In this document: piece after piece, positions 1 to 9,001 of the stretch
Position numbering within the stretch: the stretch's first letter is position 1
Layout: each line of letters begins with the position of its first letter
Source: Gammaproteobacteria bacterium
Lineage (GTDB): Bacteria > Pseudomonadota > Gammaproteobacteria > JABABF01
Direction of reading: 5' to 3'
DNA length: 64,000 nucleotides
Assembly (NCBI GenBank): GCA_965237805.1
Contig: OZ250153.1
Coordinates: forward strand, 928,001 to 992,000
Notes under the pieces: model-generated
Seen by the model: the letters and a program-made list of their open reading frames with translations, nothing else
The model's database searches: none
What the model was told of the DNA's origin: nothing
Position numbers and translations under genes: made by a program

Positions 1-2
1 GC

Positions 3-215
3 TTACTCGCTCGACCGGTAGTTTGCACACTCCTGCTGTATCTGTGGCAGCAGGCGATTGTCCAAGAAGGCGTTGATCTCGTCTCGGTGCGCGCACAGAA
101 TCCGGCATATGGCGATGCCCGGATTGAGCGGCCCCCGATGAAGCAGCATGCTGAGATTCTCCCACCAGATGCGCAACGCCCTCAGGCTGAATTTTGCCCC
201 ACCCAATACCACCAA
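3..215 (-). pseudogene. Possible decayed N-terminal fragment of a type III restriction-modification methyltransferase (Mod)
   Basis: Translation RILCAHRDEINAFLDNRLLPQIQQECANYRSSE* resembles, from memory, the N-terminus of large Mod proteins (..GIYRIMN.KR.EI..FL...LLPQV). It stops after about 70 codons at the window edge. Confidence 0.3.
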
Positions 216-278
216 CAGCCAATTTCCATAATCGATAGGCAGGCAAGCAGCGAGCTGCCCTCGACCCCCCTCCTCCCA

Positions 279-1868
279 TCAATCCAACACCTCCCCGCCA
301 CTCGCCCCCTCGACCAAGCGCCGCACGGCGCTGTAGTCCGGCTTCGCGACGACGGTGCGCGGCACTTTGTCCACCAATAACAAACGGTGCGGGCACTTGT
401 AGTCGGCTACCTGCGCCAAGCAGTGCTCCCGCAACTCCGCCAGCGTCGGTACTGTGCCGGGGCGGGCTTGCACCACCGCCGTCACCTGTTCTCCGAAGCG
501 CGGGTGCGGGCTACCGACTACGACGGTGTCGTAGACCGCCGGATGGCTCTTCAGTGCCACCTCCACCTCTTCGGGGAAGATCTTCTCGCCGCCGGAATTG
601 ATGCATGCCGAGCCGCGCCCCAATAGCTGGATGCTGCCGTCTGCCATCCGCCGAGCACGGTCCCCCGGCAAGGCCCAACGCCGTCCGGCGGCATCGGCAC
701 GGAAAGTGGCCGCCGTTTTCTGCTCGTCCCGGTAATAGCCGAGAGGGATGTGGCCGCTGATGGCCAACAACCCCTCGCCGCCTGGCGGCATCGGGTCCAG
801 CGTGTGCTCGTCGAGCACATCGGTGTCCTTCTTCATGTTGAAGTTGGCGCTGCTACCAGCACCGAGACTACCGGTCTCGGAAGCACCAAAAGTGTCGAGG
901 ATCATGATGTCGGGCAATTGTTGCTTGATCTTCTCGCACACTGGAGCCGTCAGCGATGCGCCGCCAGAGGCCCACGCAGCCAAGGAGCTGAGGTCGTAGT
1001 CACCGCACGCCAACTCTTCCACCAACGGTCGCGCCATGGCATCGCCGATCACCGTCAGCGAAACGGGGCGTTCGCGCTCAATCAGCCGCAACACTGCCTC
1101 GGCTGAGAAGCGCTCATCGCAGTAGAGCACACAGCAACCGCCGGACAACGCGGCGATCAGTGTGCTCCACTGGCCACCACCGTGCATCATCGGTGTGCAG
1201 GCAACGGCGACCAGCGGCGCGTTGCCGCACACCAAGCTGCCCAGTTCAGCGGGCGAGCTGATTGGCTCGCCGCCTGGATTGCCGCCCTGCAGGGCACCGA
1301 AGAAGATGTCCTCGTGGCGCCATATCACGCCCTTGGGCATGCCGGTAGTGCCGCCCGTGTAGAGGATATAGTGCGAATCACTACTGCGCAGTGGCAAGCC
1401 GTCGCGCGTCGACGGTGCAGCTGCCAAAGCCGCCTGCCACTCGGGATCCTCCGTCCCCGCCCCGCCGCTCTCATCGCTCAGCACCAAGCGCACCCTGAGG
1501 TCCGGTGCCACCTCAGCTACCAAGGCCGTGTAGCAATGCTCGTAGATCAATCCTTTGAGTTCAGCATTATCGAAGACATGGCGCAGCTCGGGAGCGGTGT
1601 AGCGGTAGTTGACATTGATCGGCACTAAATCGGCCTTGAAGCAGCCGATCATCGCCTCCACCCACTCGACGCGGTTGCGGGCATAGATGCCGACATGGTC
1701 GCCGGAGCCGAGGCCAGCGGAGAGCAGGTGTTGTGCACAGCGGGTAGCACGCTCGTCGAGCTCGGCGTAGCTGCGCCGCTCATCCTTAGCCACCAGCACC
1801 GTGCGTTCGGGCACGGCATCGGCCACTGCCTCATACAGCTCCGCCAAATGGTAGCAACGCGCGTTCAT
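279..1868 (-). CDS. Acyl-CoA synthetase, FadD19-like (steroid/long-chain acid CoA ligase)
   Basis: AMP-binding motif YILYTGGTTGMPKG, FGASETG, GRGSACINSGGEKIFPEEVE; N-terminal PINVNYRY typical of the FadD19 group. Confidence 0.85.
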   Translation of the reverse strand: MNARCYHLAELYEAVADAVPERTVLVAKDERRSYAELDERATRCAQHLLSAGLGSGDHVGIYARNRVEWVEAMIGCFKADLVPINVNYRYTAPELRHVFDNAELKGLIYEHCYTALVAEVAPDLRVRLVLSDESGGAGTEDPEWQAALAAAPSTRDGLPLRSSDSHYILYTGGTTGMPKGVIWRHEDIFFGALQGGNPGGEPISSPAELGSLVCGNAPLVAVACTPMMHGGGQWSTLIAALSGGCCVLYCDERFSAEAVLRLIERERPVSLTVIGDAMARPLVEELACGDYDLSSLAAWASGGASLTAPVCEKIKQQLPDIMILDTFGASETGSLGAGSSANFNMKKDTDVLDEHTLDPMPPGGEGLLAISGHIPLGYYRDEQKTAATFRADAAGRRWALPGDRARRMADGSIQLLGRGSACINSGGEKIFPEEVEVALKSHPAVYDTVVVGSPHPRFGEQVTAVVQARPGTVPTLAELREHCLAQVADYKCPHRLLLVDKVPRTVVAKPDYSAVRRLVEGASGGEVLD

Positions 1869-1930
1869 CGATTCATGCTCTCCTGCAATGCCCTAGAGGG
1901 CAGTGCGCCAACGCACACCACCGGGGAAGT

Positions 1931-2452
1931 TCAGCTCTGAGCCGCTTCAGCTGCCCGGGCGGCAAATAGGTTGCGGTGGAGTGTCAGACGACTGTCGTCG
2001 CGCTGCTCGATCTCCTCGAAGGTGCGCTCGTAGCCAGTGTGGTAGATGCGCCACTCACCGTCGTCCTCAAGACGATAGCGATCCTCGTAGAAGCCGTTGC
2101 CGCGCAGCGTGGTGTTGTCGTGCAGGTTGATCACCATGTCCTCCAGATACCAGATGCCGGTGGCCTCGGTATCACTCTGCAGGTGGATTTCCGGATGGTG
2201 CCCTTGGTGCAAGGTCAACATCTTCGGTCCGGTCATGAATTTGTCCAAGAACTCGAGGATGGCAGCACGACCGTTGTAGCTGTACTTGCCGCTGTCATAG
2301 CGGGCAACGCAGTCTTCAGTCAGGCAGGTGGCGAGCTCGTCCCACTCGTTGAGATCCAGCGTGCGGAAGTATTTATATTTGACCCGGCAAATGCGTTCTA
2401 TTGCCAGCAGTTCCTGTAGTGCGTCCATTTTTTCGTCCTCGGGCAGTGTCAC
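1931..2452 (-). CDS. NTF2/SnoaL-like protein, BaiE (bile-acid 7-alpha-dehydratase)-like
   Basis: IERICRVKYKYFRTLD...HQGHHPEI...ATGIWYLED...GFYEDRY pattern. Confidence 0.75.
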   Translation of the reverse strand: MTLPEDEKMDALQELLAIERICRVKYKYFRTLDLNEWDELATCLTEDCVARYDSGKYSYNGRAAILEFLDKFMTGPKMLTLHQGHHPEIHLQSDTEATGIWYLEDMVINLHDNTTLRGNGFYEDRYRLEDDGEWRIYHTGYERTFEEIEQRDDSRLTLHRNLFAARAAEAAQS

Positions 2453-2477
2453 GCTTTGTGTTCGAAGGTGCCGAAGC

Positions 2478-3311
2478 CTAGCCCCAGTTCTCGGGCCAAA
2501 TCTGGTGGCTGTCGTCGAAAACTGGGGCGCGCTTCTCGCGCCGTGCGCGCTTGGCTTCGTCCAAGTTTTTGGTGTTGCTCATCAGCAGCTGATTGCGATC
2601 TTCCAAGTCGATCGCAGCCTCTAAGCCGGGAACTTCCAGATTGCTCCAACACAGGCGCTTGGTCAACGTCACGCCGAGCGGGCTCAGGCGGGCGATGCCG
2701 CGCGCCACTTCCAGCGCTGCTTCTTCCAGCTCGTCGTCAGGAACAACACGCGAGACCAAGCCGACACGCTCGGCCTCATCTGCTTTCATAACGCGGCCAG
2801 TGAGCATGAATTCATTGGCGCGCGAAGCACCGATCAGCCGCGGTAGAATCCAGCTGGCTCCCAGCTCGGTGCTACTGAGTCCATTGACGATACCGGTGCT
2901 GTTGAAGAGGGCCGATTCGCCAGCAATGCGGATATCGCCACCGAGGGACAGGCACATGCCGCCACCGTAGGCCGGGCCGCGGACGGCGCAGATCACCGGT
3001 TGTGGCATGGCACGCAGGGCGGGCACAACGCGGGAGAAATGACGCACGGAGCGAAGGCTCAGCTGCGGGATCGTCAAGCCATCCATCCCCGGTGGTATCC
3101 CTTCGTGATCCAAATCCAAACCAGAGCAGAAAGCGCGGCCACTGCCGATGAGGATGGCCACCCAACACTGATTGTCTCGACCCACGACAGCACAAGCGTC
3201 GAACAAGTCCTGCATGAGTTCAGCGCTCATCGCATTGAGCTTTTCCGGCCGATTGAGACAGATGATGCGGATATGCTTTTCGGGGCTTGAAATCAAAACA
3301 GTGTCGGTCAT
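2478..3311 (-). CDS. Enoyl-CoA hydratase/isomerase (crotonase family)
   Basis: LNRPEKLNAM, GRAFCSGLDL, AVRGPAYGGG, LPRLIG motifs; ATG at 3311 chosen as start. Confidence 0.9.
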   Translation of the reverse strand: MTDTVLISSPEKHIRIICLNRPEKLNAMSAELMQDLFDACAVVGRDNQCWVAILIGSGRAFCSGLDLDHEGIPPGMDGLTIPQLSLRSVRHFSRVVPALRAMPQPVICAVRGPAYGGGMCLSLGGDIRIAGESALFNSTGIVNGLSSTELGASWILPRLIGASRANEFMLTGRVMKADEAERVGLVSRVVPDDELEEAALEVARGIARLSPLGVTLTKRLCWSNLEVPGLEAAIDLEDRNQLLMSNTKNLDEAKRARREKRAPVFDDSHQIWPENWG

Positions 3312-3333
3312 CAGTCTTTGGCCAGAACCTCCA

Positions 3334-3361
3334 GCGAGGGAAGTGGTCAATTAAAGCGTTT
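3334..3361 (+). promoter_or_regulatory. Putative ECF-sigma promoter upstream of the EF-hand genes
   Basis: GCGAGGGA-N14-GCGTTT, about 60 bp before ATG 3421; matches the motif upstream of the ECF sigma gene (8309-8337). Confidence 0.5.
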
Positions 3362-3420
3362 ATGTAGTTTACAATGCCACCGCTCCGTCCGTAGCGTTTT
3401 CCGTCAGCGGACAATCACCA

Positions 3421-4086
3421 ATGCCCCCAAAAAGCCCATTGCATGCACCGTCCCGCCCCGCATTGTCGATGGCAGCTATGGTGCTGGGGGCGGCGTCCCT
3501 GCTGGTGTTGACAACCGGGCCGGTAGCGCAGGCCGTTGGTCGCAGCTCCCATGTGAATCTATATACCGATAAGCATGGCCACATGCACCACCCCGCCGAC
3601 CTCAACAGCGACCAACAAGTCAGCCGCGACGAGGCGGTCAGCTTCGCCCGCAAACGCTTCGCCGAGCTGGACAGCGATGGCAACGGCTACTTAGATCGTG
3701 AGGATCTGAACGAATGGGGCCAGCAAAAGAACTACCGTGGCCTGCAGCAACTGGGCGGTCAGCTGTTCCTGCGGATGGATCTAAACAGCGATGGTACCGT
3801 CTCAGTTGAAGAAGCCGTCGCGACCGAGCTAGAGCGCCACCAAGATATTGACCAAAACCACGATGGCTTGCTCTCAGTCAAGGAGCACCGCGCACACAAA
3901 CGGGTGCGCCACATCAGGCGCGCCAGCGGCTTCTTTGACCGCGCCGACATCAATCACGATAACCAACTGTCGCGCCAAGAGCTGCAAGGCGCACTGCAAC
4001 AAATGCGGGAACGCCGCAATTATTGGGGTATCGGGACGGCTTGGGCCCACGACCAGGAGGGGGCCGATGGCCCACCAGAGCACTAA
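3421..4086 (+). CDS. Secreted EF-hand calcium-binding protein (five EF-hand loops), paralog 1
   Basis: Hydrophobic signal peptide ending AQA; loops DLNSDQQVSRDE, DSDGNGYLDRED, DLNSDGTVSVEE, DQNHDGLLSVKE, DINHDNQLSRQE. Confidence 0.85.
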   Translation: MPPKSPLHAPSRPALSMAAMVLGAASLLVLTTGPVAQAVGRSSHVNLYTDKHGHMHHPADLNSDQQVSRDEAVSFARKRFAELDSDGNGYLDREDLNEWGQQKNYRGLQQLGGQLFLRMDLNSDGTVSVEEAVATELERHQDIDQNHDGLLSVKEHRAHKRVRHIRRASGFFDRADINHDNQLSRQELQGALQQMRERRNYWGIGTAWAHDQEGADGPPEH

Positions 4087-4177
4087 ACCAAGCCCATGGG
4101 CTACTTTGTCCAGAGCTGCGCAGGTGGCACACAGCCTGCGTTATCTGCTAGTCACCACAAAACAGACATCCGGAGGG

Positions 4178-4825
4178 ATGAGTAGCGTGATGCAATCACA
4201 ACCCACCACACACTATTTTCCCCGCTTCACCGCGCTGTCGATAGCAACAATGGTGACGGGCATTGTGCTCGGTGCCGTGCTGATATCGCTGGCACCCACG
4301 ACGCAATCCGCCACGTCCCTCCAAGATCGGCAAATGGATGGCCGAGGCCACTTCACCCACCCTGCCGATCAAAACGCCGACCGCCAAATCAGCCGCGATG
4401 AAGCGACTGACTTTGCCCGCCAACGCTTCGCCAAGCTCGACAGCGACGATAACGGCTATCTGGACAACGCCGACCTAGCAGGACAGCGCCGCCAGTGCCC
4501 TAAAAAAGGGAGGAGGCTATTACGGCGGATGGATCGCGACCAAGATGGGCAAGTCACCACAGAAGAAATGGTGTTGGGCGCGCTGGAACGCCATCAAAAG
4601 ATCGATGGTGATGGCGATGGCCAAGTCTCTGCCGAGGAGCGCTACCAACACCGCAAAATGCGGCACCAACAGCGCTCAGAACGCTTTTTCGAAGAGGCCG
4701 ACAGCAACGGCGATGGCCAGCTATCGCACGCAGAGCTGCGTAACGCTATGGAGCGGCGGCACCGACACCGCCGACCCGGTGGCACTGGTGCCCACCCCGA
4801 TAGTCCCATCTCCGGAGACCACTAA
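4178..4825 (+). CDS. Secreted EF-hand calcium-binding protein (five EF-hand loops), paralog 2
   Basis: GGAGG at 4172 (start could be 4178, 4187 or 4190); signal peptide; loops DQNADRQISRDE, DSDDNGYLDNAD, DRDQDGQVTTEE, DGDGDGQVSAEE, DSNGDGQLSHAE. Confidence 0.85.
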   Translation: MSSVMQSQPTTHYFPRFTALSIATMVTGIVLGAVLISLAPTTQSATSLQDRQMDGRGHFTHPADQNADRQISRDEATDFARQRFAKLDSDDNGYLDNADLAGQRRQCPKKGRRLLRRMDRDQDGQVTTEEMVLGALERHQKIDGDGDGQVSAEERYQHRKMRHQQRSERFFEEADSNGDGQLSHAELRNAMERRHRHRRPGGTGAHPDSPISGDH

Positions 4826-4924
4826 AAGCCCCTGTCAACCACCTCCATACAACTGCCGGGATCGGCTGTGGCAGCTCGCCACCGCCATCCCGCTCCGAGT
4901 TGCCGTCGGGTCGTGTCCCCCCTT

Positions 4925-6279
4925 TTATACACGGCTCGGCGGCACACCTAAACCATCGCTGGCCGCAGCGATAAAGCAAAAGTTCAATGCGCCTCCAGCG
5001 GGTGATTCAGCTCTCCCGGGCTGTGGGGAAGAAGCCAACAACTCGCCCCAGCGATGAGCCAGCTCGCCACTGTCTATGACCTGCAGCTCGCCAGCGCGCA
5101 CATGCTCGATGCCGTCTATCCAAACACGCTCCACTTGGCTCGAACTCGCAGCATCAACCAATTGCGTGACTGGGTCGTGTACCGGTTGGGTGCGCGGATG
5201 GTCGAAGTTCACCGCCACGATGTCTGCTTTTTTGCCCGGCTCCAAGCTGCCGATTTGATCGGCTAGCCCAAGGGCACGAGCACCGCCTATGGTGCCCAGC
5301 TGCAAGGCTTGGTCAGCACTCAGCAATACGTCGCCCACCGCGAAGGTGCGCGCGAGTAGCGCCGCCAAGCGAAGCTCGAACAGCATGTCCAAGCTGTCAT
5401 TGCTGGCGGGGCCGTCTGTGCCGATACCCACCCAACCCCGGCACCGAGTAGTGCGTCGAGGGCGCACACCCCGCTGGCCAGCTTCAGATTGGACAAAGGG
5501 CAGTGCAAGGCCTGCACTTGGTGTCGCGCTAACAAGACCCGCTCGGCATCGTCGAGATGCACCAGATGTGCGGCTTGCAGCCCGTGAACCAAGCCAGCGT
5601 CGGCGATCAGCTGCAAGGGCCGCTTGCCATGGCTGGCGACACTCTAAGCAATTTCCGCCTCGGTCTCATGCGCATGAATGTGCACACGCAGCCCCAGCTC
5701 GTCAGCGAGCACGGCCGGTCTCGGCCAGTTGGCCGGGGTCGACGGTGTAGACCGAATGCGGTGCCAAGGCGGGGGTGATCAGCGGGTGTCCGCGCCAAGC
5801 GGCGGCAAAGTCACGGCGCCACTGGTTGAGCACATTGATCAGCGGGCCACCGATCTGAGCTCGCAGGCCATTCTCGGCGGCGGCCTCGGGGAAAAATACA
5901 TGTCGGCAAAACAAGTTGTGCCAGACAGCAACATCTCGGCGCTGGCCAAGCGAGTGCCATCCCGAACGAAATCTGCATCGACCCAGCGTTGCTCCAGCGG
6001 CCAAATATAGTCCTCCAACCAGCGCTGTAAGACGGCATCGCTACCGATGCCGCGCAACAGGCTCATGGCGGCATGGGTGTGAGTGTTGACCAAGCCGGGG
6101 ATCAAGAGGTGGTGCGGCAGCTCCACATGGTGCGCCTGCGGATAGGCTTGGCGCGCGGTGGCGGCGGGCAACAGCGTTTGATCCGGTCGCCGTCAATCAA
6201 CAACGCACACCCCTCCAGTGCGCTCGCAGGACGGCAATACCGACACGATCCAGCGTGCGTACAGGAGGGTCTGTGACAT
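4925..6279 (-). pseudogene. mtaD: Pseudogene of TRZ/ATZ-family amidohydrolase (MTA/SAH deaminase-like)
   Basis: Consecutive fragments in different frames: [46 protein letters not shown]...EIA*, HCPLSNLKLASG, GTDGPASND, GSLEPGKKAD. Several frameshifts and one in-frame TAG. Confidence 0.85.
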
Positions 6280-6340
6280 GGTGCGCTATCGTCCTGCCTA
6301 AGGCGATGGGCGGGCAGTGCCCTCGGATCAATCGGCGGCC

Positions 6341-6367
6341 ATGCTCCTAGGCTGATGCTCCTAGGCT
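6341..6367. repeat. 13-bp tandem direct repeat ATGCTCCTAGGCT duplicating the GST stop codon
   Basis: Copies at 6341-6353 and 6355-6367. Confidence 0.8.
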
Positions 6368-6993
6368 TGGTCTTCGGCCAGCGTCGTGGCCACTGCTGGC
6401 CGCGAGACCACGCGACCGCGCCAAGCGAATAGCTTGGGCAACCCTTCCAACGGCTCGCCTGGACGAACAAAGGGGATGAACTGCAGGAAGGCGAGCAGCT
6501 GGATATCAGCCACCGTGAAGCGCGAGCCCGCCAAGAAATCGCCGTTCAACTGCGCCTCGAACCACTTAAGGCCATCTTGCGCCACCGCCTTGATGCCCTC
6601 AGCACCCTCGGGGACGATCCGGATGTGCTGGCCCATCATTGCGGCGAACTCGCCGTAGCAGAAGCTGTGGGTCAGCGGCTCGGTGAATAGCAGGGTGACG
6701 CGGCGCGACCACATCAACGCCTCGGCCCGCTCTTCCGGGGTACTACCAAACAACGGCGGACTGGGTTGCAGCTCCTCCAAATAGCTGCAGATGGCGGTGG
6801 TCTCAGTGATGGCGAGGCCACTGTCCAAGACCAGTGCCGGACTCTGGCCGACCGGGTTGATTTTGAGATACTCTTCGCCACGCGATTCCTGCTTCATGAC
6901 ATCGAGCTGGTGGCGCGGCACTGCCATGCCCTTCTCGGCGATGAAAATACGCACAACCATCGGGTTGGGGCCTAAAGACTGATAGAGTTTCAT
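6361..6993 (-). CDS. Glutathione S-transferase family protein
   Basis: GPNPMVVRIFIAEKG, INPVGQSPALVLD, ITETTAICSYLEE, FTVADI. Confidence 0.9.
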   Translation of the reverse strand: MKLYQSLGPNPMVVRIFIAEKGMAVPRHQLDVMKQESRGEEYLKINPVGQSPALVLDSGLAITETTAICSYLEELQPSPPLFGSTPEERAEALMWSRRVTLLFTEPLTHSFCYGEFAAMMGQHIRIVPEGAEGIKAVAQDGLKWFEAQLNGDFLAGSRFTVADIQLLAFLQFIPFVRPGEPLEGLPKLFAWRGRVVSRPAVATTLAEDQA

Positions 6994-7069
6994 CCCTTGG
7001 CTTGCCTAAAGCGATCCGATCGGATGCCCAGTATACAATCCGTCAGAATGCACTATCGGACAAATCGCC

Positions 7070-7636
7070 GTGCCACAGGAGCCGCTCCAGCTCACCGGAC
7101 ACTGGCTCGAGAGCGCCAGGCGCTATCCGTCACCGAATTGCGCACCACGCCCGCACGACGAGGAGCCGAGCTTGCTGGTGATACACGGCATCAGCCTACC
7201 GCCGGGGGAATTCGGCGGCGGTCATGTTCAGCGCCTGTTCTGCAACGCGCTCGATTGTGCCGAACACCCCACCTTTGTCACGCTGAGCGAGCTGCGGGTC
7301 TCGGCGCACCTGCTGATCGAGCGCAATGGCCGCCTATCTCAGTTCGTGCCCTTCGACTGCGCGGCGTGGCACGCCGGAGAATCCTGTTTCGCCGGGCGCA
7401 GACAATGCAATGATTTCAGCATCGGCATCGAGCTGGAGGGCACCGACGACCAAGCCTACGAGGCTCGGCAATACGAGATTTTGGGCGCTGTCGCCAAGCT
7501 GTTGATGCGCCACTATCCGCAAATCACCCCGGCGCGCATCACCGGCCACTCCGACATCGCCCCAGAGCGCAAGACCGATCCCGGCCCAGCCTTCGAGTGG
7601 CAACAGTTGTGGCGCCACATGGAGCTGCCCCAATGA
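7070..7636 (+). CDS. ampD: 1,6-anhydro-N-acetylmuramyl-L-alanine amidase
   Basis: SPN..RP, LLVIHGISLPPGEFGG, VSAHLLIER, AWHAG, CNDFSIGIELEG, GHSDIAPERKTDPG. Confidence 0.95.
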   Translation: MPQEPLQLTGHWLESARRYPSPNCAPRPHDEEPSLLVIHGISLPPGEFGGGHVQRLFCNALDCAEHPTFVTLSELRVSAHLLIERNGRLSQFVPFDCAAWHAGESCFAGRRQCNDFSIGIELEGTDDQAYEARQYEILGAVAKLLMRHYPQITPARITGHSDIAPERKTDPGPAFEWQQLWRHMELPQ

Positions 7637-7672
7637 AGGTGCTCGGCAGTCCTGAGCCCGCCGGTAGTCCTG

Positions 7673-8233
7673 TCAGCGCCGCCGCTCGCGCCAGAGAATC
7701 TCGCGCTCATCTCGACGCGCACCGATGCGGCGCGCCAACACAAACAGCAAATCGCTGAGGCGGTTCAAATAGTGCAACAGCACTACAGGCACCGCCTCTA
7801 CCGCACGCAGGGCAACCAGCCGCCGTTCGGCACGCCGACACACAGTGCGTGCCAAATGGCAGCGTGCCACCGCTTCGCTACCACCCGGTAGCACAAAGTT
7901 GGCCAAGGGATCTTGCCCCTCCATGTGCCGCTCCAGCGCTTGCTCCAGCGCCTTGATGTGGCGCGGGCCAACCCGGGGTGGTGCCCCGCCAGACGGCATG
8001 CACAGTTCGCCGCCGAGGTCGAACAGGTCTTGCTGGATGTCCTCCAAAAGTACCGTCAACTCGTCATCGACCACCAGCGCGGCACCGAGCAACCCAATCA
8101 CGCTGTTCAGCTCGTCCAGCTCGCCGAGCAGTTCGACGCGCGGCGAGTCCTTGCCGATACGCCGACCGTCACCGAGGCCAGTGCTACCATCATCGCCCGT
8201 GCGGGTAACAATTTTTGAGAGTCGCTTGCCCAT
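7673..8233 (-). CDS. ATP:cob(I)alamin adenosyltransferase, PduO type
   Basis: KIVTRTGDDGSTGLGDG, DELNS, ARTVCRRAER, YLNRLSDLLFVLAR. Confidence 0.93.
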   Translation of the reverse strand: MGKRLSKIVTRTGDDGSTGLGDGRRIGKDSPRVELLGELDELNSVIGLLGAALVVDDELTVLLEDIQQDLFDLGGELCMPSGGAPPRVGPRHIKALEQALERHMEGQDPLANFVLPGGSEAVARCHLARTVCRRAERRLVALRAVEAVPVVLLHYLNRLSDLLFVLARRIGARRDEREILWRERRR

Positions 8234-8308
8234 GCCATCGGTCGGAATCTGACCATATCACCAAACACGCCCCATTCTACCTTCCAACCGCAGGGTGCCT
8301 GACAGCTG

Positions 8309-8337
8309 GCGAGGGATGCACAAGTACAATTGCGTAT
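8309..8337 (+). promoter_or_regulatory. Putative autoregulatory ECF-sigma promoter
   Basis: GCGAGGGA-N15-GCGTAT immediately upstream of the ECF sigma ATGs at 8348/8360. Confidence 0.5.
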
Positions 8338-8347
8338 ATATGGTGTT

Positions 8348-9001
8348 ATGATTGTTGCCATGGCCTCCCCTGCAGTCGATCTGTTATCTCTGTTGGCGAC
8401 GATACGCCCCCCCGCTGGGGCGCCGGAGCATGTGGCGCCCAATAGTGACATCGCATTGATGGACGCCGTGCGCGACGGCGACCAACAGGCTTTTACCACG
8501 TTGGTGCAGCGCTATCACGACGCGATCTACCGAATCGCTTGGCGTACCTTGTTAGACAGCGAGGCGGCACGCGATGCGACGCAGGAAGTCTTCATGAAAT
8601 TGTGGCGGCGACCGACCTGGCAACACAGCGGCGGTGCCTCGTTGCGTACATGGCTATGCCGCGTGGCACTAAATGCGGCGATTGATGCCCGCCGCCGCCG
8701 CCGCCCGACCGTAGATCTACCGGAAGTGGATTTCCCCAACCCGTCGACCGAGCATGGCCAGGACGAACAGCTGCAGACAGAATGGCGTCGTCAGCTCGTG
8801 CATCGCTTGGTGGCTGAGTTACCCGACCGCTGGCGCGAGGTGCTCGTGCTGTATTATTTTGAACAGATGTCTCATCAGGAAACTGCGCAAGTGCTTGGCA
8901 TCTCAGCTAAAGCAGTGGAGTCAGCGGTGGCTCGCGCACGGCAAGCTTTGCGGCAGTCGCTGAAGAGCAAAGGCTTACATGGGGAAATTCTGTTATCATG
9001 A
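8348..9001 (+). CDS. ECF RNA polymerase sigma factor
   Basis: Region 2 (GDQQAFTTLVQRY, ARDATQEVFMKLW, LRTWLCRVALN) and region 4 (LPDRWREVLVL...ETAQVLGIS); start uncertain (8348 or 8360). Confidence 0.93.
   Translation: MIVAMASPAVDLLSLLATIRPPAGAPEHVAPNSDIALMDAVRDGDQQAFTTLVQRYHDAIYRIAWRTLLDSEAARDATQEVFMKLWRRPTWQHSGGASLRTWLCRVALNAAIDARRRRRPTVDLPEVDFPNPSTEHGQDEQLQTEWRRQLVHRLVAELPDRWREVLVLYYFEQMSHQETAQVLGISAKAVESAVARARQALRQSLKSKGLHGEILLS

Noticed and set aside
4110-4145. Third copy of the ECF promoter before EF-hand gene 2
   Set aside because: GCGTTA is present, but no GAGGGA lies at the right spacing.
3848-4177. N-terminal extension of ORF 3848..4825
   Set aside because: It overlaps paralog 1 in another frame; the RBS and signal peptide point to a start at 4178-4190.
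3421-4825. Lanmodulin call for the EF-hand proteins
   Set aside because: The loops lack the D-P-D pattern, and no xoxF or lanthanide-uptake genes are in the window.
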